DNA from: Paragordius varius
Taxonomy: Eukaryota; Animalia; Nematomorpha
Reading direction: 5' to 3'
Assembly: GCA_964247055.1 (NCBI GenBank)
Contig: OZ176057.1
Coordinates: 2,604,001-2,668,000, forward strand
DNA: 64,000 nt
Part shown: piece by piece, positions 36,161-48,445 of the stretch
Layout of the letters: each line of letters starts with the position of its first letter
Position numbering within the stretch: the stretch's first letter is position 1
Notes under the pieces: model-generated
Databases searched by the model: none
What the model was told of the DNA's origin: nothing
What the model saw: the letters and a program-made list of their open reading frames with translations, nothing else
Position numbers and translations under genes: made by a program

Positions 36161-39100
36161 ACATCACTTATATACAGTAAAAATATAAATTACACGAATA
36201 AAACGTAAAAATATAAAGACAAATATTTTTTTTTAAACCACAATCACACTTCTTTTTTATATATAAATTTTTTCTGATTGTTTACAATTATAAAACATAT
36301 TATTAATTATGTCACCAATATCCATCTCTATTTCATATTTTGCAATTTCAAAAAAATGATTTTATTTTAATTTTAAAATAAACGAAATTGCATAAGTAGT
36401 GATGTCTTTGAAAACATATTTGTCTTTATATTTTTACATTTCCGTATAATTTACTTTTTTAAAATTTTATATATTTTAAAATATTTTTTGCGTTTTGAAA
36501 AAGAATGGCGATCTGTATAAAAATCATTTTTCCTTTAAACTTAATTGTTTTAAAAATAATTTCATAATTTATAATTATGTTTAAATATATCATTTAGTTA
36601 TAGTTGTTTGAAAATAATATAAATTTTATCTTATATAACAATTTAACAACGTGTGTTGGTTTAATATTAAGTTTTTTTTCATTACTTAAAGGTAAAAATA
36701 AAATCCAATTTGAAATTTTGATTTTAAAATTTTTTGAGGCGTACTAGATCAGTTTTCAAAAATTTACAAAACAAAATTATTTAAAATGGATTAACAGTTA
36801 TTAATTTTAACGGTTTCAATATTGAAAGCTATAAATTTATTTATAGCCAATATATAAATAATATTATGAATGATCGATAAAAATAAATTTAATATAAAAA
36901 TACTTGTAGATGTTTTGAAAAAGCAAAATTATTTAAAATAACTTAACTTATATGTATGTTAAAAACGAAAGTTTGAAAGTCTTATACTTTATAATAATCA
37001 CGAATTAGTAAGATTTTGCAATATTAACCTTTTACAAAGTTAAAAGTTTAAAATATGTAGTAAAAAATTAATATACAAATTTTTTTAATATATACAGTTC
37101 CTAACAATGCAATCAAATTTTTTTGCAAATAATTAATTTATAAATAAAATTAAGCTAAATAAGAATAAATTGAAAATGTGATATTTTAAGTATAAAATAT
37201 ATATTAGTAAAACTTTTTGTCTCAGGATTTTTTATCACTGTAATATCTGGTGCAATTTTTTGAGCAGAAGGCTGTCGAATTGTGGATTCTGCACCATTCC
37301 TATATTAATTTAGGCGTAAAAATTGATTAAAATTTATAAATTATATTTCTTTCTAAAAAAATATTTTCCAAAACAACCGCATTTTGGAAACGAATACACC
37401 TGTTTAAGTGGTTTATAAATGCAGATTATTCATATTTTTAATAAGCAATTTTCATTGGAAAAAAATGTAAAATATATGTTGTAATTTATCAAAAAACATA
37501 CGGGATTTAATTGATTGGTATAAACTTTTTAAAAATATATACAGTAAAAATTGATATTATACGGACTAAACGTGCAAATATAAAAACAAATATTTTTTTT
37601 GAAAGACAACCATATTTTTGTAAACCATAATATTTCCTATAAAAATCGTTTAATTACAATGGGTAAATACAGAAATTGTGTTAAAATAGGGATCATTATT
37701 TATTACATTGTAATTTTGAACAATGAGTTTTATAAAAAAGTTGGTTAGAAAAAAAAATTTATCTTTATATTTTTACGTTTTTTCCGTATAATTTCTTTTA
37801 CTGCATTTAAATCGAATTTAAATCTTTGATATAAATATTAGATATTTATTATTGTATAATTCAAGTTTAAACCTTTGATATATATAATTTCAATAATTAC
37901 TGTATTTTTTTTGAGTTTTAAACCACAAATATAATAATATTAGTTATATATAAAGCAACATAGAGTTGAACTTTTTAAAACTGTGTGTATGTTCATTTAA
38001 AAGTGGTCATAACATAGTTACAGCTATATAAACCCCTAAATATCTTATTTTTAACCCTGACAATATTTAGATACATAAAAAAAGGCGGAGTACTTGAATG
38101 TCATCTCCACCTCCTGCTGGTGACTAGGGGTGACCGGCGTGGGAGTTTTATCAATAAATTTTATAGTTTCTTCTGTTTTTTCTTCATTTTTGGGCATAAT
38201 AATTGGTTCTTTATTATTGATTATCAGCATGTTTTCATCAGTCGTATTTGATTTCTGTAATAGGGCATCAGAATTGTTGAATTCCTCATGCCTGGGATCT
38301 GACATATCACGTGGTGGATTTCCATCCACAAACGTGGGGGGTGGAACTTCGTTCCGTTGATATGCCATAAGTGTCGCAAAATTTATAGCTTTGTCCGTGG
38401 GTATGCAACGGAAAACCTTATTACAACGACCAAAAAAAACGTAAGATATAACTCAATAAATTAATTTTTAAAGGCCGCGGTCATTATATAAACGATAAAA
38501 TTTTAATATTGTTTGAAACATTTTGACATATTTGTCGATATATTAAAAGTAAAAACTTCAGAACCATGAAAAAAGAAAGATTTAGGGCAGGCTGTTTAAG
38601 TATCTCTGAATTAAATGATTATGTAAATTTTTACTCTTTAGTATGTGTGGAAAAAATTATCATTATTAAATCTAAGCCTTTTTTATTAACTTTTAATTGA
38701 TATAAGTATTGCGTAAAATATCAAAATCTCACAAAACGAAAATGCCAATATTCCAAAATATTTAATTTACAGGATGCTATTAATATGATTGATGGTTTTT
38801 CATTTTTCCCTTTGCTGGAAAATCATTAATATTTATGTCGGAAATATAGTCGGAAATTCGCATTTTTTACACAACATACAGTCATGTATCCTTTATTTTA
38901 TTAAAAATTTATTTTTTCCCTGTTAAATGGGTATGTATAAATATTTGGTAAAGAATGGAAAAAACAAGATCTCTATGGTAATTCCAATACTTTTTTGATG
39001 AATATGATATTGTTAATACCACAGAGCTCTTGTTTTTTTCATTCTTTAACAAATATTCATACCCATTTAACGAAAAAAATAAATAAATTTTTGATAAAAT

Positions 39101-42100
39101 AAAGGATACATGACTGTAATAAAATATTTTATATTAAACGTAAATTAGCAAATGCTGAATATTGTAAATAATGCACTATTTTTCCATTTTTCGAATAAAA
39201 TTTTTAAGATATACATGTTTAAAGTTGAGCTAACCTAACTACGTTTGTGGGTAAATGAGGCAAAAATTTAAAATAACGGGATTAAAATATTTTTATCAAC
39301 AACAATTTTTATAAAATTTAAAAAAAAATTATTTATTATATTTTTTTTAAATAAATTACATTGTGCGGAAAATTTTTGCAATAAGGACTGAATAATATAA
39401 TTTTTTTTAAAGCAAGTAGAGTTCAAAATTTTATGACTAAAGCATAATATAATTTTTGACACTTTATAGATATACCATTTACAATTCATATTCAACCTGA
39501 AACAATTCAAATTCAGCCTAAAAATAAATTTGTGTTTTCGGGATAATATAACTCATCATTAATAATATGAAATATATTTTTACGGCATGGTTTATTATTT
39601 TTTCAGCATTATATTATTTTAAACAGAATATCACATTTTAAAATAAAGGTAATTTTTAATCTTAAAAGAACACACAATTTATTTAAGGGTGAGTTTGAAT
39701 TGTTCGAGGGTGATTTGAATTGTTCAAGGGTAAATTTGAATTGTTCAAGGGTAAATCTGAATTGTTTAAGGGTGAATTTGAACTGTAAATGGTATATGAT
39801 TGAAGATAAATTACCATATTATTTCTACACTTTATATAAAAAATAAATTTTATAAAAGATTAATTCTAGATAACAAAGTTTCAAACCAATAATTACCCAA
39901 TTAAACCATATACATATATATATATATATATATATATTTAATCCTACAAATTAACCACAAATTAATTATAATGCATCAATGGAAAAATAAAAACTGAACG
40001 GAATTCAATATTAACGATAAAGCAAGGTTAATATAATTAAACAATTATTTTGGGTTTCTATTATCATTTCACTATTATTGCAAAAATACCTGATAAAATC
40101 TTTTTAATTTATCAATTTTTTTATTGCGACATACTTAACCATAAAAATACGTTTTTACCACGTGTAAAAAAACTAAAATTAATTTTTATAAAAGCAAAAA
40201 ATATATTTTAAGAGAAAAAATTTTTTTTTTGGATTATACCTCCTCAAAAATTCGGGTATTTTGAGCAGCAGTTTCATTCCAAAGCGTAAAGAATTCATCA
40301 GTGCTAGGGTCAGAAAAATCAATTTGACTTTCCTGGTCCAATATGGTTAAATGTTCTCTAAAAAATATATTTTAAAATTAAAATTTTTAAAGTTTTTCTA
40401 AATAATTTTATAAATTTTCTTCTTTTTTTGGTTAAAATTAATATTACGAAATTATATTAATTTAAAAAGTTAGATTGAAATTTATGTATATTAGTATAAC
40501 TATTTTTTAATACATTATTAATTGATTGATGTTTCAATTAAAGCTAATTTCAATACCAAAAAAGATTATTGCCCCCATTTTTTTTGAAAAAATTATTTTG
40601 TAAAGTATTTTAAAAATTATATACATTTTATATGCCAATAAATATAATTTTTAAGGTCAATTATTATAAACTAATTTCTCAATATGTTGACTTGTAAATA
40701 TAAAACATACTGTAATATATATATATATATATATATCTATATCTAACAATTCTAAAACTTTTTTATAATATAAATAAAGGTTTTACAAAGTATGGGTTTT
40801 CTTTTCATCTTTAAAAAATATTTGTCTTTTATAACTTTTATATTGTTTCTTACTAAAAAATAAAAATTCCATAACATAAAATATTAAAATCTAAATTACA
40901 TAATTAAAATTAAAAAAAAAACCTAAATAATCGTTTTCTTAGACTTCCACAAAATAAACCAGTCCGTATTTCTTTTCCAGTTACAGTGTTCATAAAATTT
41001 ATGAAGGATGTATCATGAAGTATGGCGGCTATTTCACTATCTCTATAACCTAAAAAATTCAAAAATAAAAAAAATCTATTTAATGAAATTATTTGATAAA
41101 ATTTGGAAAAATAATTATTTAACTCAAAAAATAAAATTATATAAAAGTTTCTAGTAGATTTAATTTCATCAAATAATAAGTTGCGAAAAAGTTTTCCGAA
41201 TTGATTCTCGAACAATTCCAATTTACCCTAAAATAAATTATGTATTTTTTGACATTATAAATTTCCTATATTTTTTAAAAAACGAAATTGTGTTAAAATT
41301 AATATAATAATAAAAAATAATAAACTATGGCATATGAATATATATTATGTTATGATGAGTTATATTAGCCCAAAAACACATAATTTATTTTCAGGGTGAA
41401 TTTGAATTGTTCGGTGAATTTAAATTGTTTAAGGGTGAATTAGAATTATGGTATATAAGCATATCAATCTTAGGATTAATTAAACTAAAAAAACTTTTTT
41501 AATCAAAAAACACACACATATCATGCAAACTTAACACTCATAGTTAATTTAAAAAAAACCGTTATTTAAAAATAATTTTTAGGAATTACAGCTAAAAATA
41601 ACTAAGTTAATAAGTTTTTTTAGTGATATGTAATTTAAGATAATGAATAATTTAAAACTACAAAGCATGAAAATAATTCAGAAAAATATTTTTTCTAAAG
41701 AAAGACAAAACCATACTTTTTTAAACAATATTAATTTTTGCTATATATAAATTATATAATTATATTTTAGAAATATACATAGTTATTGATTGATTGTCTT
41801 ATGAATACATAAATCTCTTATATACTTTGCAAATTAAAAATAAGAATGCGATTTATTTAGAAAAAAAAATTAAGGTTAAAAAACGTGAGCAGTTTTGTGT
41901 TGGTAAAAAAATATTTTTGTCTTTATATTTTTACGTTTTGTCCATATTTATACAATAAAAACTGGTATTATACGGACAAAACGTAAAAATATAAAAGCAA
42001 ACATTTTTTTTCTAAAATAAACGATACTTTTAAAATCTTGATTTTTTTAATTATAACTCAGTTTTAAAAATCCAAAGTATAGATGGTAACACAATCAATT

Positions 42101-45100
42101 ACATATTTTACGATTGTTATAAAATAATTTAAATTAGGGTTTAAAAAAGTATGGTTATTTTTTATTAAAAAAAATATTTCTGTTTTTATATTTTTACGTT
42201 TTGTCCATATATATGCAGTAAAAACTGGTATTATACGGACAAAACGAAAAATATAAAGGAATATTTTTTTATAAAATATAAAGATACTTTTTAAATCTTG
42301 ATTTTTCTAATTATAACTCATTGTCTTATGAAAATCCAAAGTAAAGATAGTAACACAATGAATTTACAATTTTACGATTGTTGTAAAATAATTTAAATTA
42401 GGGTTTAAAAAAGTATGGTTGTCTTTTTTAGAAAAAAAAATATTTTTGTCCCTATATTTTCACGTTTTGTCCATATTTATGCAGTAAAAACTGGTATTAT
42501 AAGGACAAAACATAAAAATATAAAGGCAAATATTTTTTCTCCAAAATATAACGATACTTTTAAAATCTTGATTTTTTTAATTATAACTGAGTTTTAAAAA
42601 TCCAAAGTATATATGGTAACACAATCAATTACATATTTTACGATTGTTATAAAATAATTTAAATTAGGGTTTAAAAAAGTATGGTTGTCTTTTTTAGAAA
42701 AAAAAGTATTTTTGTTTTTATACTTTTACGTTTTGTCCATATATATGCAGTAATAATTGGTATTATACGGACAAAACGTGAAAATATAAAGGTAAATATT
42801 TTTTTCTAAATTAAATCCTGATTTTTTTAATTATAACTCATTGTGTTTTGAAAATCTAAAAAATCAACTTACATATGTTACCATTGTTATTAAATGATTT
42901 TAATAGGCTAAATTAGGGTTTAAAAAGTATGGTTGTCTTTTTTGTTTAGAAAAAAAAGTATTTTTATCTCTATATTTTTACTATTTGTCCATATATATGC
43001 AGTAAAAACTGGTATTATACGGACAAAACGTGAAAATATAAAGGCAAATATTTTTTTCTAAATTAAATCCTGATTCTTTTAATTATAACTCATTGTGTTT
43101 AAAAAATCCAAAGTATATATGGTAACACAATCAATTACATATTTTACGATTGTTATTTTATGATTTTAATAGGTTAAATTAGGGTTTAAAAAAGTACGTT
43201 TGTCTGTTTTAGAAAAAAAAGTATTTTTGTCTTTATTTTTAAAATATAACGATACTTTTTAAATCTTGATTTTTTTAATTATTAAACTTTAAAGTATAGA
43301 TGGTAACAATATCAATTACATATTTTACGATTGTTGTTAAATGATTTTAATATAGGCTAAATTAGGGTTTAAAAAAGTATGGTTGTCTTTTTTAGAAAAA
43401 AAAGTATTTTTGTCTTTTTACGTTTTATCCATATTTATGCAGTAAAAATTGATATTATACGGACAAAACGTGAAAATATAAAGGCAAATATATTTTCTCC
43501 AAAATATAACGATACTTTTTAAATCTCAATTTTTTTAATTATAACTCATTGTGTTTAAAAAAATCCAAAGTATAGATGGTAACACAATCAATTACATATT
43601 TTACGATTGTTATTCCATGATTTTAATAGGCTAAATTAGGGTTTAAAAAAGTATTGTATCTTTGTCTATTTTACGGACAAAAAGTGAAAATATAAAGGCA
43701 AATATTTTTTTCTAAAATATACCGATACTTTTTAAATCTTAATTTTTTTAATTATTAAACTCAAAAGTAGGGATGGTAACCCAATCAATTTACACATTTT
43801 ACGATTGTTAAATAATTTATTTAAAAAAGTATGTTGTCTGTTTTACAAAAAAAAACATTTTTTTTTCGTTTTGTCCGTATATAATTTTTGCATTTTTATT
43901 GTTCTTACCTAACATAGATCTATCATTTATATTGGCACTTCCTATGATAGCCCATTCATCATCAACTATAAGCAATTTGCTGTGAATATAAATTAATTCT
44001 GTCACCAAGTTGCCCGACAACTCATCATATGTTCGCACACTACAAAAACTTATGTAATCAAACGGGTTTTCTACTATATATGCATAAAAAACAGATAAAA
44101 TTAAAAAATAGTCAATTAATTAATTGAAATTATATATTCGTATATCGCCCTTTAACTTTGATAATAGTATATAATAAACGAATTTAAAAAAGTTTCAAAC
44201 TTTTTAAAACTAAAATTAAAGTTTTAAAGAGATATTACACTTTTAAAAGGGTTAAAGATTAATGATTAATTATTCAAAAGTAAAAGTTAAACCACATTTA
44301 TAGATTTAAGATAATTAATTACCTATGATTTATTATGATTGTCAAATAATACTTATGTTGTCAATTATAATCTTTTCTAAATTACAAAATTAAGATTTAA
44401 ACATTAGGTTTCCCAAATAAAACACCATTCTTTTACAGTAAATCTATCTTTATATTTATAATTTATACTATAATATAAATTTTATTCAATTAAAATCTTA
44501 TTCTTAAACAAAAATTTCATCAAAAAACAAACTTATTCGCATATAAGCCTCAAAAACATTCTCAACTAATCATTTTTTCTGCTCTTTATATAAATTCAAT
44601 ATAATTAAAATATGATATATCATATAAATGTTTCCCAATTAAAACACCATTCTTTTACATTAAGTATATCTTTATATCTATATTATTTTATTTATACTAT
44701 AATATAACTCTTAATCAATTCAAATCTTATTCTTAACATCAAAAAAATCCATCAAAAGAACAAACTTAATCCCATATAAACCCCAAAAACATTCTTAACA
44801 AATCATTTTTTCTGCTCTTTATTTCTTTCCAATTAATAATTAATTAAAATCTTATTTTTAAACAAAAACAAAAAACCCATCAAAAGAACATTAATCCCAT
44901 ATAAACCCCAAAAACATTCTCAACAAATCATTTTTAGTTTTCTTTCCTTTCTTTCCTTATAATTAATAATTCAAAAAAGTTATCAATATAAAATAATTAA
45001 ATAAAGTTAAAGTATAATATAACTTTTGATCAATTAAAATCTTATTCTTAAACATAAATCAACACCAATTTAATCCCATATAAACCCCAAAAACATTCGC

Positions 45101-48100
45101 AACTAATCATTTTTAGTTTTCTTTCCTTAAATTCAAAAAATTATCAATATAAAATAATTCAAAAAAAATAAAAAAAAGTAGTCTAATATAACTTTTAATT
45201 AATTAAAATCTTATTTCAAACAAAAATTTCATCAAAAGAACGAACTTAATCCCATATAAACCCCAAAAACATTCTCAACAAATCATTTTTTCTGCTATTT
45301 ATTAAAAATATAATATAATTAGATAAATACTAAGGCTAAAAACACCATTCGTTCACAGTAATTATATCTTTATATTTAAATTTTATACTATAATATAACT
45401 CTTAATCAATTCGAATCTCATTTAAAACAAAAAAATCCATCAAAAGAACAAACTTAATCCTATGTAAACCCCAAAAACATTCTCAACAAATCATATATTT
45501 CTACTCTTTTTTTCTTTCCAATATTCAAAAAAGATAAAATATAAAATGAATTTAGTTAAGAATTTACCAATTTTTTTAAGCCTGCCCACTAGTGAATTCT
45601 CTCCGTGTGCCATGGAGGCATTGTTCCAACTAATGATAGTTTGAATACAGGCACCAGTTTGACCGCCTATTTCACCCTCGAACCCAGGAAGTAAGGGTGT
45701 AAGTATATAAACTTTAAAAGTCTCCTTTGCTCTATATAAGGAAAAGGAATGAAAATACTTTTGATATGTGGAAATTAAATAGAAACTCCACTTTAAAAAA
45801 GTAAAAAAGTAAAATATTTCAATAAAATATTATTAATAGTAAAATAATTTATTATATATTGTCAATATATGGTAAAAATATAAACTTTGAAAGTCTCTTT
45901 TGTTCTATATATATATATATATATAAATGGAATGCAAAAAATACTTTTGATATGTGGAAATTAAATAGAAACTCCACTTTAAAATAAGTAAAAAAAGTAA
46001 AATATACCATTTACAGTTCAAATTCACCCTCGAACAATTTAAATTTACCCTTGAACAATTCAAAGTCACCCTCCTTGAACAATTCAAATTCACCCTCCTT
46101 GAACAATTCAAATTCACCCTAAAAATAAATTATGTATTTTTGATCTAATACAACTCATTATTAATATGAAATATATGTTTTGTTATAGTTTATTATTTTA
46201 CAGTATTGTTTTAATTTAAAACAAAATCTTTATTTTTTAAAAATATATAAAAATATTGGTAATTTTTGATCTTAAAAAACATATATTTTATTTGAGGGTG
46301 AATTTAAATTGTTCGAGGGTGAATTTGAATTGTAAATGATATATATCAATAAAATATTATTTGTAGTAGTAAATTTTAAAGAATAACATTTATTATATAT
46401 TTTTGTCAATAAATAAAAAAATATGAAATTATTTACTCAACTGCACGGGCTATCCTATCGTAAAGAGCATCGGAAATTTTATTTTTAACAGTATTGTTGC
46501 CATGAACCGATATAAAAAATTGATTCTACAATAAATATAAAAAATATATATATATATAATTTTTTAAAAAGTAAAATTTTAAATTTTTAAACAATTTAAA
46601 AATAAGTTTTTTTATAATTATAATATTATAATTAATCTCGTAGTAATATAAAATTTCTAAATTTTTATGATGTTTAAGAAATAAAAATCATTTTTATTAA
46701 GATATAAATCTGGGGGTTCAAAGAAAATTAAAAAAATCATTTATTTTTAAATATTCGTATTATAATAAACATATTATCAATTTTATATATATATATATAT
46801 ATATATATTTAACTAATATTTTATTAAAAAAAATTAAAAAAAATATTTTTTTGGGAAAAAATGAAAAATTAAACCTCAATATATATATATATATCTTATT
46901 TAAAGTTAAATCACTCAAAACTTTAAAAATATATAAAAAATTAAAATATTTTTAATAACATATAAATCTGGGGTTTAAAGAAGTTTAAAAAAAACATTTA
47001 TTTTTAAATAATCGAATTATAATAAATATTTTATCATTTATATTGTTATATTAAACTAATATTTTATAAAAAAAATTATTTTTTTTGGAAAAAATTAAAC
47101 CTCAATATATATAAAACGTTTAGATTGAGCAATTAGTTCCTGATAAGCTTTATGAATACTGTCTTCAGTATCTTTTATACCAGCTGACCACGTGGTTGAA
47201 CTTCTACAAATCTAAATAAATTTAATTTTGAAAAAAATAAAAAAATATTTTAAATTTGGCATTTAAAATATTTTATAAAAGTGTTTTAAATTTTACCTTT
47301 TTTAAACTTAAAAGTTTTATAGTATAATATATTTTGATTGGAATAAAATATTACAAATCTATATTGGGCAAATAAAAAAATATTTATGAATAAATTTAAA
47401 ACTTTAGGTAAAATAAAGAAATGGTTAAATAAATAGAAATTTTAAAATAAAATTATTATTGTTAAATTAATTTCCATTTTTGAAATTTCATAATTAACCA
47501 CAAAATTTTTATGCTTTAAAAAAATGACACAAATTAAATTAAATTAAAAAAATTTATGCACAAAAAATTAAATAAAGGATGGCTGGCATTTAAAATCAGA
47601 GACCAAAATGATAAAAACATATATTTTATATATAAAAATAATTAATAAATTAACCATTTTTTTGATTAACTAAAAAAATAAAAAACGCAAAAAAATTTTT
47701 TAAAAAATTTCAAAATTTCTTTTCATTTTCGATTTTTTTATGAAAAAAAAACTTGAATATCGCATTTGAGTGACGAATCTGCCAATTCTTGTGGAATGTT
47801 TAATTCTTTAAATACTTTGGGGAGTAATAAATCCATATATGGATCCTCCTTATACTTTTCAATCTAAATAATATATTTTTTATGGTATATAAATAAATAA
47901 ATAAATATATATATATATATATTATATATATATATATATATATAGATATACCATTTACAGTTCAAATTCACCCTCGAACAATTTAAATTTACCCTTGAAC
48001 AATTCAAATTTACCCTCATACAATTCAAAACCCTTGAACAATTCAAATTCACCCTTGAACAATTCAAATTCACCCTCGAACAATTCAAATTCACCCTCGA

Positions 48101-48414
48101 ACAATTCAAATTTACCCTTGAACAATTCAAATTTACCCTCATACAATTCAACACCCTTGAACAATTCAAATTTACCCTTGAACAATTCAAATTCACCCTT
48201 GAATAATTCAAATTTATTTTTATGTAAAGAAAAATATGTTTAAAATTAATATAATACTGAAAAAATAATAAACTATGTCAAAAGAACAAATTTTATATTA
48301 ATGATGATGAGATATATTAGCCCGAAAACACATAATTTATTTTTAGTGTGAATTTGAATTGGTGAATTTACACTGTAAATGATATATATTTGGTTGAAAT
48401 TGGTTAACATTAAA

Positions 48415-48445
<31 letters not shown>

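Noticed and set aside
45680-45693. PLD exon sequence ttcaccctcgaac matching the MITE A unit (possible exonised MITE)
   Set aside because: It encodes the deeply conserved PGFEG(D/E) motif, so the match is coincidental.
47864-48243. NLNCSRV / FKGKFEL / NNSNLP ORFs (also 45905-46117 and 62097-62406)
   Set aside because: These are translations of MITE A subterminal repeats inside PLD introns.
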